A DNA stretch of 64,000 bases, from positions 139,004,001 to 139,068,000 of the forward strand of contig OX597818.1 in NCBI GenBank assembly GCA_951406725.2. Reading direction: 5' to 3'. Positions 11,790-26,149 of the stretch are shown piece after piece (position 1 is the stretch's first letter; each line of letters opens with the position of its first letter). The translations under genes were made by a program, and so were the position numbers. The notes under the pieces are model-generated. The model saw only the letters and a list, made by a program, of their open reading frames with translations. It was not told the DNA's origin and ran no database searches. Origin of the DNA: Octopus vulgaris (Eukaryota).

Positions 11790-13225
11790 CAAACCTCTAC
11801 TTATATCGATCTATCTCGGTCGGTGAGTGGTAAAATTAAAGATAGTCGATGCGCCATCACAAATATATATCTGTTAGCTAGTAGCAGGGGCTGTTTGGGG
11901 CGAGCCGATAAGAGTGGGAGGAAAACCATCAGAAACTTGCCCAGACATTTCCTACTGTTTTACAGGTACCGACTGAATTTCCCAAATGTATCAATGTGGA
12001 CACGAACAAATCGCATGAGATCATCCAGATGGAGTATTCTGGAGACTAGTAGACAAAAAGCAACTTACACTTTTAAGCTGTTCTTAATTCAAAGGCGTCA
12101 TTTATTCAGACCAAAAATTTGTGAGCGGTCTAGATAGGCTTCCCAGGGAAGGCATCCATTTACTGAAAGCTGCATGCGTAGTTCCTGGTATGCAAAGATC
12201 AGATTAGCAAATTATTTCACAGGTATCGACAGGGGCAATTTTTAGCAACGGCTGGCGGTTCACTTTGAAAAGAACAATTAGAAGAGACTGAGGCTTAGTA
12301 AGAAAGTGGCGAAAGAGAAAACTAGATCAGAGATATCTAGTTAGAAACTTAGAAGATACTTTTAGAAAAAAACATTGCGTCTAATGCTCTTGTGGCCTTT
12401 TGTTCAACGTGAAGCAACGAAAGCTGCATTGTCGTCAATGCGCGAGGTGTAAGACACGAAGAAACGAAAACCGTTCGACGGGCTCCAATGCTAGGGGTGT
12501 AACGTGATAAAAAAAAAACACACTTCAGCCTTTAACAGATCATGGGGAGCATATGCTACAGGATTCCATGACGATGTGTGTTGCTTTTCAGTAACTCTTT
12601 GATCGAATGTTCGGTTCGTGTGGCAGGCCGGATCGCAGAAGGGAGTACAACCAGGACGACCTGCTGCAACTCTTGGGAAGAAAGACCGAATGTTGTGAAA
12701 GCCGATAAAAGTCACTGAAATACAGGAAGCATTAGTTTGCTGCACGAGGGGCAAATTGCTCGGTTTGGATGGACTATCCTGAGAACTTTATACTAGACTT
12801 GTTTGGCGAGTTCTTGGCGGGAGTTATAAGACTAGAAACGGTAGCGCTGCTGAGAAAGGATAGGAAAAAGGCAGTGGCGACCACATTCATAATTTTCGCT
12901 TCATAACACTGTTACACACAGATTTCAAGATTTTGACCAAGATTTTAGTGAACAGGTTGGCGCCTGTCATTGGTAGTCTGATTGGTGGTGATGCGCAGAC
13001 TTGCATCATTCCTAACAAATCTCTCCACCACAACTCTACATGATGCGATGAATCTTAGAGAGGTTGGGTAAGTACTCTAGCATGAGTAAGGGCCTTGATA
13101 AACTTAGATCAATCGAGATCCTCCTATAGGGTTGAATACCAATATTTGTTGGCAGTCAGTTTCGCTTTTCAGGAACCCGGTTTTCGCAATGTGCAGTATT
13201 TATTCAGTGGTCAGAATCAATAAAG
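11790..13225 (+). mobile_element. Tx1/L1-clade LINE ORF2 remnant (end of APE domain to RT)
   Basis: GLDGLS*ELY, NFRFITLLHTDFKILTKILVNRLAPVIGSLI..AQTCIIP and ALINLDQSRSSYRVEYQYL resemble L1/Tx1 RT motifs; many disablements. Confidence 0.8.
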
Positions 13226-14075
13226 CATGATATTGAATGGTTCCGAAAATTCGAAACCATTATAATAGTTAATATTGTTGGTGGTGGTGACTCTCATTAG
13301 AGAGTCGGACAAAATGCTTAGCAACATTTCTTCCGGCTCTTTACATTCTGAGTACAAATCTTACTAGAGTCAACTTTGCTTTTCATCCTTTCGGGGTGTC
13401 AATAAAATAAAGTACCAATCAAATAATGAGGTCGACAAACTCAATTCCTTCAAAAATTGCTTGCTTCGTGCCAAAATTTGAAACCATTATTTTTATTGTT
13501 TCCGTGCAGAATGATCGTTGTCATTTATTTTTGTTACTTGATTATTTTTATTTGTTTTTGTATTTTAAAGTTTTATTTATATCCCCACCTCCCCACCTCC
13601 CCACCTCCCCACTAATATTGGCAATAGAGTCTTCATTAGTCCGCTTGGCTTCAGGTTTGGCGTTCATCCAAAATTTATGGTTCCCAGCTTCAAAATAGGT
13701 CAGTCGCTGGAACCCTTCGAAGAATATGGTAATGTTCTGTTGACTAGTGCATGTTTAATTGAAGTGGATTGTACAGCTGATTCTGCATGTGTGTGTGCGT
13801 GCGTGCGCATATGCGTGCGTGTGTGTGTGTTTGTGTGTGTATGTGTGTGTGCATGCATGCCTCTGTGAATCGATTTTGCGTAATGTTACATATAAGCAAA
13901 ATTGATAATACTGAGTAAGTGGAGGAGTTAGAAACAGGTACATTCATATGTACATACATCCACACACTCACGCACATATACACAAGCACGCACACACGAA
14001 CGTACGCGCACACGAACGTACGCGCACATACATTTGTTGACGCAAACAGGAAAACAGAAATCAAAACATGAGCGT

Positions 14076-14141
<66 letters not shown>

Positions 14142-14289
14142 ATCGTTAATCATGAAAGAGAAAATGGAGAATTATGGATGTATAAATAATTTATCTGTAT
14201 GATATAATGAGGTTGGAAGTTTTATATAATAGTGATTAACCAGTGTAATTTTTGGATTATTTAATCCCTAATGAGGACCTGACATCCTA

Positions 14290-15560
14290 GAATTGACTCA
14301 TCTTCCCCTTCGACATCAAATCACACCTCCTCTTCATCTTGGACATCAAATCCCTATACAAGATGATTCCCCACAACGACGGTCTCTTAGCTGCAATACC
14401 TATTTCCTCGACCGTCGCCTGACCCCACACCCAGCACCTTCACCCTTCTTCGTCTGACAGAGCTCGTCCTCACCCTCAACTGTTTCACGTTCGCCGGGGA
14501 GACCTACCAACAGTTGTCTGGGGTCGCTATGGGAACTAGAATGGGCTCCGATTTCGCCAACCTATTTGTTGTCACATTGAGGCCCAAGTTTTCTCCCAAT
14601 TCTCCGGGTCGAACCCAGAGCTATACGGTCGCTACATAGACGACTGTATAGGCGTCACATCCCTCTCCCGCCACTTCATCTCTTTCCTCACTAATTTTCG
14701 CCCTTCTCTCCAATTTACCTCTACCATCTCTAACACTTAGGATAACTTCCTAGATATCTCTCTTACAATTGAACTTCTCTCCCACTCTCTCACCACCTTC
14801 ACCTTCTTCAAACCCACAGATTCCCACCTCTTCTACCTCAACTTCTCCTCCTCCCATCCCTCCCACACCAACACTTGTGCAGCCGGGACCAGGATTTCGA
14901 GACCCAGTCCCAGTACCTTACCCGTCTGTTCATGCATCGAGGATAACCCTCAACCCTTGTCCAAACCGCCCTTGCCCGCGCTCGTCGAATGGATCGCACC
15001 ACCACTCTCACTCCTTCCCCACACCAATCCCCTAATCGCACCCCCTTTCCCCTCTTTTCCCACCCCTCCACCCTTCCGTCGTCTCCAGCTAGATCCCACC
15101 ACTACCCCATTTTCCCCAGCCCACCCTCCTTTAAACGCGTCCGAGACCTACGTGATCTCCTTTTGCCCTTCAGCCCCACCCGGTCCTTCCCTTGTTCTAG
15201 ATCTCGCTGCCACACCTGCCTTTTCATCACCAACACCACCTCCCTCACTGGATCCAACTAGCACCCTCTCCACATTAGAAACTCCTTCTCCTGCACCTCT
15301 TCAAGCCTTATCCATTGCATTAGATGTAATCTCTGTAATAAAATCTACGTAGGTCAGACGTCAGCTGGCCGACCGGTTCACCGAACACCCCCGTCACCCG
15401 TCATTTCCGCTTGGCCAACTACTCCCCCTCTAATATCTCCGTCTTTGGCTTTGTCCTGCACCACGGAACCACACACTCGCAACTCCGCCTGGAACAGCGT
15501 TACATTTTCAGTCTACAAACACAAATTCCCCTCGGACTCAACACAACCCCCTCCTCTAAA
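14290..15560 (+). mobile_element. Penelope-like element RT plus GIY-YIG endonuclease remnant
   Basis: LDIKSLY..IPH, YQQLSGVAMGTRMG, YGRYIDDCIG (YIDD at 14633-14644), KPTDSH and CIRCNLCNKIYVGQT..LADRFTEH; frameshifted. Confidence 0.9.
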
Positions 15561-15889
15561 CGACTTTTTATTTTAAGCAACTTTTATTTTATTTTATTCT
15601 ATTTTAGTTCATCTTATTTTATCCTCTCTTATACCACTTACTTTTTTACACTGTTACCTCTTCTCGATTTTTTATCTCTTTCTTTCCGTCGTATTGTTGA
15701 ATTTATTAATTGCGTTATTGTTTATAATTGTATTAATTTCTATTTTATCCCTTTCATTTTTATTATTTTATTATTTATTTTTGATCTTGTATCTGCTAAT
15801 TTTAGTAAAATTTTTTATATCTTGTGCCATTTCCCCCTTTCCCCCCTTTATTTATCAATCTTATTTTATTATATTTTACTTCATTTTTA

Positions 15890-16735
15890 TATATACATGC
15901 ACACATACATACACACACGTACATATACACACAAACACGAAAAATACATGCTCACACGTACACACAACTATATGCACATACACACACACACACGCACAAA
16001 ACCGCAAATATACCTCCACACACAACTCTAGGTTCACACACTCATACACATGCATACACATACAGATGTACACACGCACACACACTCACACACACATATA
16101 CACACGCACACACATACACACACGCATGTACGCACACATACATAGGCATATACACGCCCGCACAGGAACACACACACACTCCACACACACAACCCCACGC
16201 ACACATACATACACACACGCACGTACATACACACATACAGGCACATACACACACATACACACGCAACATATACATACACGCATACATACGTATATACACA
16301 TACACGCGCACATACACACACACACGGGCACATACGCACAGGAATGCATACATACCTAACACACACAACCCCCACGTACATACACATGGACCCACGTACA
16401 TACACAAATATACATACGCACACACACGCGCGCACACGCACACATACACGCACACACACGTACACACAGCTACACGTACATACACACACACAAACACACA
16501 CTCACGCGTATACACGTACAGAAATACACATATACCTCCACATACAACCCTTCGTTCACTCACACTTATGCACAGCACACACATATACAGGCGCACGTAC
16601 ATACACACATGTATATGCACGCACATACACTCACACGCACACACACGCATTATACACGCGCATACATTGTACATGCCCATAACGCACATACCTTCCACAC
16701 ACACAATGCACACTCATACACACGCGAACACATAT
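15890..16735 (+). repeat. degenerate (CA/TA)-rich simple-sequence tract
   Basis: Directly visible; source of the spurious HT/CV ORFs. Confidence 0.9.
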
Positions 16736-16762
16736 TTCAAACTGCCTGTGAAACACCTTTCT

Positions 16763-17110
16763 TATTTCTTTATTGCCTACAAGGGGCTAAACACAGGGGA
16801 CAAACAAGGACAGACAAATGGATTAAGTCGATTACATCGACCCCAGTACACAACTGGTACTTAATTTATCGACCCCGAAAGGATGAGAGGCAAAGTCAAC
16901 CTCGGCGGAATTTGAACGGCAGACGAAATCGACCTACCCACAAGGGGCTAAACACAGAGGGGACAAACAAAGACAGACAATCGGATGAAATCGATTATGT
17001 CGGCGGACCCCGGAAGGATGAAAGGCAAAGTTGAATTTGAACTCAGAACGTAACGGGAGACAAAATAAGCATTTCGCCCGGCGTGCTAACGTTTCTGCCA
17101 GCTCGCTGAC
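16763..17110 (-). mobile_element. SINE family M rearranged dimer
   Basis: Two partial units of the family consensus. Confidence 0.8.
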
Positions 17111-17508
17111 TTAATGTTCAAACATCTTTCTACTGACCATTCCTCTACGCACATGTGAAGAGACACACAACTATCCAAAAACACCGCCACTCTGGCTACC
17201 ATGCTACTGAATTCTTCCTACAACATTAAGCGTCGCAATGTTCACTCACTCATATACATATACTCAGCCAAAACAACATACACACCACACACACAACACA
17301 TACTCACAAATACGCATAGACACGTGCTATTACTCACACACATAGACTTGCGCACACGCACATCCCCACACATACCTCCTCTTACACTCTCCTGTTTTAG
17401 AAAGAGCTTTTTCTTCACCCATTCACTTCCGGTCAATTCAAAATGTAACCAGATGTAAATCGTTGGCGATTTTCTTCCTTCGTCTTCCTTTCTACTGGAT
17501 TTTCCCTT

Positions 17509-17543
17509 GTTTCTGATGAAGAGTGTTGCTCGAAACGTTAAAC
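17509..17543 (+). ncRNA. minimal type I hammerhead ribozyme (PLE-type)
   Basis: GUUU-CUGAUGA-A-GAGU(GUU)GCUC-GAAA-CGUU-AAAC. Helix I GUUU/AAAC, 4-bp helix II, palindromic ACGU helix III. Confidence 0.8.
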
Positions 17544-17643
17544 CATATTTATTTCCTTCCCTGAGCGTCTGCTAATCATTACTTTACACGTACCACCTCT
17601 CCGCGTTGTTGTGCTTTAGTGTTTGTTGTTCTTTTTTGGGATT

Positions 17644-17676
<33 letters not shown>

Positions 17677-18732
17677 TTGAGAGAGAGAGAGAGAGAGAGA
17701 AGAGAGATACACTCATTGATAAGACATATATACACAAATATAAACGTGTATATATATATATTTGTATGCATGTATGTATGTATATGTCTGTGTATGTACG
17801 TTTCTGTGTATTGCAAGAAAAAGGAAAAAATGATCGAGAGAGAGAGAGAGAGAGGAGAAAAGTGTGTGTGTGAGAGAGAGAGTTTTTGTTTGTGGTATCT
17901 ATATGAGTCACTGACCATGTCGTACTCGTCTGGTGAGAAGCGCTGATTCTATTCATTGTGAAAAAGAAATAATCTAATCACATCTGTACAAACGAATAAA
18001 ATGACACAAAATAAAACAATATCTCTCTTTGCTTACATGTGTGACAGCAGTCATATAGGTAAAATGGCTGAGTCAGCGGAGGGGGGGCCCTTATGTCGGA
18101 CCCCCTACTTCATATAAATATTTTAGTCAGAAGGGAAAGGGCAGCACCATCGAGCATTTCCAAGGCTTTAATAGCATGGCTGGGTGCGGGGAGAGCGATA
18201 GGGGCAGTCGACTTCGGACGACGCTTTTATAGAAGTGGCCCTTTTGGGTCTGCTGCATAAGCGTGTATAGGGGACGGCAGGGGGAAGAAATCTTAAGGGC
18301 TTCCCCCGGGTGGCATACGCTGTAGCTATGTCATTAAAGAAAAGAGAAAGTTTTGCTCACATTGTAGAGCTAACCCCTAATGACTCATCTGGTGATACAA
18401 CAGGGCAAGCTGCATTAAACACTACAACGCCATGAATCGCCCCTCGGTGATACTCCGCCTGGATCCACAAACTCTACACAGGAAACAACAAAGGATGACG
18501 ATCCAACGAAAGGATTACTGCATGGTCATTTGTTACAATAGAAATTGCCGTAAACTATCTCAAGTCACGCGCTCTATAATCTTATTTTAAAAAATGAGAA
18601 GGGCATTTGAGATATATTTTAGTATGGGATACTCTATGCCTATTGCAAAGATGCGATGGCTTTGGTTAGAATGTTTTTGATCATAGGTCTTCTGGATCAA
18701 GGCGATATATGTATGTATGTTTGTATGTATAT

Positions 18733-18964
18733 CTATTTCTTTACTGCCCACAAGGGGCTACACACAGAGGGGACAAAGAAGGACAGATACACGGATTAAG
18801 TCTATTATATCGACCCCAGTGCGTAACTGGTACTTTTTTAATCGACCCCGAAAAGATGAAAGGCAAAGTCGACCTCGGCGGAATTTGAACTCAGAACGTA
18901 ACGGCAGACGAAATATGGCTACGCATTTCACCCGGCGTGCTAACGTTTCTGCCAGCTCGCTGCC
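18733..18964 (-). mobile_element. SINE family M full-length copy
   Basis: Matches the family consensus. Confidence 0.9.
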
Positions 18965-19397
18965 TATTGTATGTATATCATTATTCAGTCCCCCTAATGA
19001 TTGTTAAAATAAATGCAGCCAGGTCCGATATTGTGGCTCACCGATTATTTCTATCACACATCAAGATCAACGTTTGCTCAGACGAACTTACACGCAGCTT
19101 CGATCCACAATGTATTATCATTTCACACGGTTTTTAGTAGAGACTAGGAAACGGTTGGCAACAGTTGTCTGAGTGGGATTGATTCCACGACCATGTGTAT
19201 TGCGAAGCGAGTTTAATAACCACACGACTATACATGAGCTCGTCTGCTAAAAATAGAAGCCAAAGTTAGATTATATTTAAAACTGCGACATTAGACGGTA
19301 TTAGTATCTTTCGACCATTTCTATTCTGCGATGCACTTCAATTTTCAAAACAAAAAAACAAAAAAAAACCCCACTTGTACTTCACCATGGACGGACG

Positions 19398-19436
<39 letters not shown>

Positions 19437-19473
19437 ATATATATATATATACATACATATATATATGTATGTA

Positions 19474-19536
<63 letters not shown>

Positions 19537-19899
19537 ATCTATATATATATATATGTACATATATTTATTTATATATATATGCATATATATATTATATTAT
19601 ATATGTATGTATATTATGTGTGCGTGTGTATAAATTTTTGTGTGTCTGTGTCCTCCCACCTCTCTTGATTGCCGATGTTGGTGTGTTTACGTCCCCGTAA
19701 ACTAGCGGTTCGGCAAAAGAGACCGATAGAATAAGTACTACGATAGAATAAGTCCTTTGCATTGGTGGTTATAATTTCTTTATTTGTGAATTAAGGTTAC
19801 CTACCATTGGTTTCATGTTAAGAAAAGTAGGAAAATATAGTAGTGTTTTAACCAATTTTTCAAGCCGGTCACATTTAGAAAGGTATTCACCTCCATTCT

Positions 19900-20400
19900 G
19901 GAAAACAGTGCTACATGGTTAGGGGTTATCGTTGCAGATAGGGGCTCTTCTTTGAAATATTTGAGGGTAAAATATTGCTTATGTATGCAGGGAGAGAAGA
20001 TTTCAACCCTAATGTTTAGAGTGTTATCTGTTGATTGTGTGATGTTTAATTTTTCAGTATTACAGAGTTCACATTTGGTACTCCATCCTCTGTATTTTTT
20101 GGCTTTCACAATAATTTTCCATTCTAACGGTTGCTTATTCTACCTCCTTTCAATGTCCATATAATATTTGACAGGGTTGTTCCATGTTTTTTTTTGTTTT
20201 TGTCTCTGAATGACGCCTGATGCTGTGTATGCCTTTCCTTAAACGAGCTGCCTGTCATTCCGATATACGTTTTTGTTATTTTGTTAGAGTCCGTGATCTT
20301 GACTTTGTATGCGAGTTCTTTCTCGAGACAGTTGTTGTTTAGACGGCAGTGGTTTGGGGATCTACAGTTGCATTGTCTTTCGGGAATGTTTCTAACTTTA
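19900..20400 (-). mobile_element. Penelope-like element GIY-YIG endonuclease remnant
   Basis: CNCRSPNHCRLNNNCLEKELAYKVKI...KTYIGMTGSSFKERHTQH...EWKII..KCELCNTEK..NIRVEIFSPCIH. Confidence 0.85.
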
Positions 20401-21440
20401 ACAGTATTTCTGTTGAAGATCGTATGATATTTGTATGAATGTGGATTGATTGGCTTGAAAAATTGTTAAGACACTTGTATATTTTCCTAATCTTTCTTGA
20501 CATGAAACCAATGATAGCCTTAATTCATAAATAAAGAAATTATATATATATATATATAATTTTCGGTTCTTCATTTTGGTCCAACCACTGCGAAGATTTA
20601 TGTATGTGTGTTTTTGTGTCTGTGTTTGTGGCCCCGCCATCGCTTGACAGCCGATGCTGGTGTGTTTATGTCCCCGTAACATAGCGGTTCGGCAAAAGAG
20701 ACCGATAAAATAAGTACTACGCTTACAAAAGAATAAGTCCGGGGACGAGTTGCTCGATTAAAGGCGGTTTTAGCCGCAGTCAAATGACTAGAACTTTGTT
20801 TTAAGAGTAAAGAGAATAAAGAGAGTAAAATAAAAGTCTGTTCAATGGAACAATATTTTATTTTGTTTTGTTTCACAGATATGAATGAAATTTTATACAT
20901 AGGAAATAAATTAAACCGTTTAAGTCATGACGCGAAACCTGCAAGCTAAAAACAGGTTGAAACCTTATGGATATTGACTTTCCTACATACTACTGCTGCT
21001 TTTCTCATTCACGCACTCACACACATATGCATGAATCACACACACATTCACATATGTGTTACGTTTTTACTAAGACACGAGCTTACATATTTGATATATA
21101 TATGTAATATATCGCAAGCACGACAGTCAAGTTAAGAAGCTCAGGTTGTATTTCAGTGGTTTGAGATTCGATACTGCTATGAAGTACCTTAGAACGATAT
21201 ATTGCACCCCAGCCTTTAGTCAACCAAATCCATTTAAGTGAAATTTAGATGACAGCTATATGGAAGTCAATCTTGGCTTGTAAACTTAATCTGTCGATCG
21301 GCTTAACCTTTTTACTGCGAAAATCAAATATATCCCTTCAAAATGGAAACTAGCTTTATATACCAATCTATCTTTTGTTGAAGGATGCTATGTGTGCGGC
21401 TATTTTTTTGTTGAAATATGTCAAGTTTATTGAAGCTAAT

Positions 21441-21654
21441 AGGCCGTGAGCTGGCAGAAACGTTAGCACGCCAGGCGAAATGCGTAGTATTTCGTCTGCC
21501 GTTACGTTCTGAGTTCTAATTCCGCCGTAGGTCGACTTTGCCTTTCATCCTTTCGGGGTCGATAAATAAAGTACCAGTTACGCATCGACTAAATCCGTTT
21601 GTTTGTCCTTGTTTGTCCCCTCTGTTTGTAGCCCCTTGTGGGTAGTAAAGAAAT
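21441..21654 (+). mobile_element. SINE family M copy with 23-bp TSD
   Basis: ATATGTCAAGTTTATTGAAGCTA at 21416-21438 and 21655-21677. Confidence 0.9.
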
Positions 21655-22137
21655 ATATGTCAAGTTTATTGAAGCTATGTGACGTGCAGAAAATAACAGT
21701 TGTATATTTTTTTTACTAGAATAAACTTTAAATTTAATTTTACAGTTGGCGCCCTTTAATGCAATTTACTCAGTTATAAGCGTTTAGGTCAGCTTTTCGT
21801 AAATTTTATTTCCAGTCTCGAGGCCTTTAAGAGACCCATAGGCTTTATAGACGTTGTCCTCTCTGCTCCGACCAAACGGGTGGGGGTGGGGGTTCAAATT
21901 CAGGCACAAGAACAGCAATTTTGCGGGTAGGGAATTAGTCAATAACATCGATTTAGTATTTTATCTTAGTGATTCCAGAAACATAAAAGCAAAGTTGACT
22001 TCGGAAGTATTTGAACTTAAAACGTACAGAACCGAGAGATATACTACAGGTAATTTTGTACAGTTCTCTATTGGTTCTGCTAATCCATCGTTTTAAACGA
22101 GAAAACAAAATAAGTAAAATAAAATAAGTAAAATATA

Positions 22138-22299
22138 GGCGCAGGAGTGGCTGTGTGGTAAGTAGCTTGTTTTCCAACCACATGGTTCCGGGTTCAGTCC
22201 CACCGCGTGGCACCTTGGGCAAGAGTCTTCAACTCCAACCTCGGGCCGACTAAAGCCTTGTGAGTGGATTTGGTAGATGGAAACTGAAAGAAGCCCGTC

Positions 22300-22358
<59 letters not shown>

Positions 22359-22590
22359 TGTGTGTGTTTGTGTGTCTGTGTTTGTCCCCCTAGATTTGCT
22401 TGACAACCGATGCTGGTGTGTTTATATCCCCGTAACTTAGCGGTTCGGCAAAAGAGACCGATAGAATAAGTACTGGGCTTACAAAAAAAAGAATAAGTTC
22501 CGGGGTCGAGTTGCTCGATTAAAGGCGGTGCTCCAGCATGGCCGCAGTCAAATGACTGAAACAAGTAAAAGAGTAAAAGAGAATAAAGAG
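22138..22590 (+). mobile_element. SINE family A full-length copy
   Basis: As 3735-4143, with a longer internal (TA)n. Confidence 0.9.
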
Positions 22591-23099
22591 AGTAAAATAA
22601 AAGTCTGTTCAATGGAACAATATTTTATTTTGTTTTGTTTCATTTCAGATATGAATGAAATTTTATACGCGAAATAAATTAAACCGTTTAAGTCATGACG
22701 CGAAACCTGCCCGCAAGCTAAACAGGTTAACTGGGATATTGGTTTTTACTACATACTACTCGCTCGTCCTCAGTTGGCGCACGTCACACCGCCATCCACT
22801 TCCATGTGATGATGGAAAGACTCGGTGTTCTGCTGCGAACAGCTTCACTGAACATACACATGTATTTAGCGAAGGTAATTTTTCATAACAGATTCCAAAT
22901 GACATAAACGTTGATTAGGGTCAACTTGATATCAAGTGGGGTCCAGTCGGTAGCAGAAAGACTTGTGTAATTACATGGCAGTAGAATGCCAAAGGGGTTA
23001 ATAGGGATATCTAGGGCACCATTTATTATTAGTTTACGACAGGTATCAACCTTCTGACTCACGTAATTTAGATCTCCGCTTTCATGTCTCCTCCTCCTC

Positions 23100-23143
<44 letters not shown>

Positions 23144-23489
23144 TCACACACATTCGCTATTTGTCTCTCTCTCTCTCTTGCAATTTCTGTGACGTCGGTT
23201 CTCTTGCTTTACTAAATTCACCCAATCAATCACATAGTCGACCACTCAATCAATATCAATCAATTAATCAGTATTTCTCTTCAGCAAGCTTTCTGTCTGT
23301 CTCTGTCTGTCAGTCTGTCTGTCTGTTTCTCTTTCTCTCGTTCAATCGCATACTCACCTCTCTCTCTCTCTCTCTCTCTGGGTATAAAGTGACCGACCAC
23401 ATTTGTATGTATGTGCGCATATACATTCACACAGAACTAGACACGCATACATACATATATACATATATATGTATCAGTCCTTTTTCCAT

Positions 23490-23586
<97 letters not shown>

Positions 23587-25074
23587 GGTGATATGTAACT
23601 AAATTCTTTTTTAAATGACTTACTTTGAAGTTTTGCATTCGGTACAATTTGTTTATTTTATTTTAGTAGTTTTGACCGCAAGGGTCCCTCCTAGCGTGCG
23701 TTATCTATGAATAGTAGTACCCCCAATATAATATAAATAAATATTTTCAAAGTGGAAAAATTTACGGATTTTTTCCTTACGAGGTTTTTCACGCTAACTA
23801 CTGATAATTTCTTATAAAGATTTTATCCTCAATTTAAAAAAAAAAAAAAATATATATATGTATATATATATATATATGTTTGTGTGTGTGTATATAATGT
23901 ATATAATTCTATAACATGATTTAGATTTAAATTGCATGACAAATAACCAGTAATTGGAACTCTAGGCAGATTCTTATATATCCAAAGAAAAAGAACCGAG
24001 GAAAATTCTTATAGTTTGAGCTTTTCTCGATTTGTCTCCATAGTTAGATGGATCATAGAAAAGATATAACAAAAGCAAATCGAAATAGAATAATTTGTTT
24101 ATAAATCATTTATTTTCGCCATTTTGCTCGTATTTCATTAACAATGAAAAAAATCCGTTATTCAAGGAAAAACGTATAAGCAGATTACATTGTCATGTCT
24201 TCAGAGCCTGCGTAACAATCATTAGTAACTTTTAGTTTTTATTCTGGACAGCAGAATGTGTTGCAGTATCAACGACCTGTACTGTAGACGTGGCTGTGTG
24301 GTAAGAAGCTTGCTTCCCACCACATAATATATATGTCGAATATATATATGCGTGTGTGTTTCCCTCAGCTACCATTGTCAATCAGTGTTACTGTATTTGC
24401 ATCTCCGTAATCTAGCTTTTCGACAAAAGGGACAGATAGAATAAGTTCCAGGCTTTAAAAAAAAGGAAAAATTAAGTGGTAATGTCGATTCATCTGACTA
24501 AAAATTCCTAAACGCGGTGCCCCAGTTTAAGGTAATACACACACATACCCCAAGTCTATAGCAGAAGACACTTGCCCAAGGTGCCACGCACTGGGATTGA
24601 ACCCGGAACCATGTGGTTGGTAAGAAAGCTACTTACCATACAGCTAATATACATATATATATATGTACACACAAATATGTATGTATACATGTCAATGTAT
24701 ACATACAATCATACATGTACATACATACATATGAAAAGTCTGTGGAATCTAGTGCATGTTTACATATGTTAATTAGGATTTCGAAGCCGCAACTAAAAGT
24801 TTGTACACTCAGATATATGAAGACAACTGTACGCTTGAGGAGATGATAAGGACTCTACATATTAATACAATAGAACTTTCTTCCATATCTTTTGCGTCAC
24901 ACTAATGCAAGTAACTCAAATGGTGACGAAAGCAACCGTAGTCATGGCAATGATGGTGGTGGAGGCAGCAGCTGTGTCGGTAGTGTTGTTAATGGTGAAA
25001 GCTAAAATGTACAGATTCAGTGAGAGAGAGAGGGGGAGAGGGAGAAGTAGTATAATAGATATATAAATAGGTAG

Positions 25075-25113
<39 letters not shown>

Positions 25114-25254
25114 AAGCGTGAGAGAGGAAGAGAGAGAGAGAGAGATATTTAAAGTTGGAGAAAATAAAAGATGATATTGGGAAATGGTACTGGTGGCAGT
25201 AGTGATAATGTTTATTCTGAAACCGGTCGGAGACAAAAGCGGGGGTGGGGGAGT

Positions 25255-25311
<57 letters not shown>

Positions 25312-25779
25312 CAGAGGATTCTAAGAAGTGAGAGGCTGAGAAAAACTGGGGGAGTTAAAGTAAGCATGCAAGAGACAGAGCAGAAATTTGAGGGGGCGAA
25401 AGTGACACGGAAATGGAAGGAGAGAAAGAACAATATGAAACGTTGCAAAGTTTGTGATGTCATTGCGTCTTTAATTATGCCATTTTCTTATTCCACACTC
25501 TCTGTCTCTCTCTATCTCCCCCCCAGTCTCTTTCTCTCACACACACAGTCTCTCTCTCTCCCTCTCTCTCTCTCTCTCCCTGTCTCTGCCTGTGTTTAAA
25601 GTGGTTTCGAAGGATATCTTTCTTAGAAGATAAAATAATGATTAGATGAAAGTTAGCTAAACGGACAAGGTCCTCTGGAAATACGTCCGTATATACTTAT
25701 GTAAGTCAGAGAATGTGTGTGTGTGTCTGTGTGTATATATATATGTGTGTGTGTGTGTGTATGTGTGTGTATATATATG

Positions 25780-25810
<31 letters not shown>

Positions 25811-26015
25811 ATGTGTATATATATTGATAATAGATATAGATAGATAGATAGATGATAGATAGATAGATAGATACATACATACATATATGTATATAGTTCC
25901 AATGCGTGACACCTTGGGCAAGTGCGTTCTGCTATAGCCTCGGGCCGACCTAAGCCTTGTGAGTGGATTTGGTTGACGGAAACTGATACACACACACACA
26001 CACATATACATACAT

Positions 26016-26048
<33 letters not shown>

Positions 26049-26149
26049 GGCACACGCACACACACACATACACACACACACACACATATATATATAATGC
26101 TAGTTCTAAAATCCCTCTAAGCGATTAACGCAGTAGTCGTACCAACAAG

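Noticed and set aside
14266-14296. CUAAUGA-GGA..UCC-UAGAA hammerhead-like word upstream of the PLE RT
   Set aside because: Two core defects and no helix I or III.
22138-22210. tRNA genes at SINE heads
   Set aside because: A/B boxes are present, but I could not fold a complete cloverleaf and the heads continue into SINE bodies.
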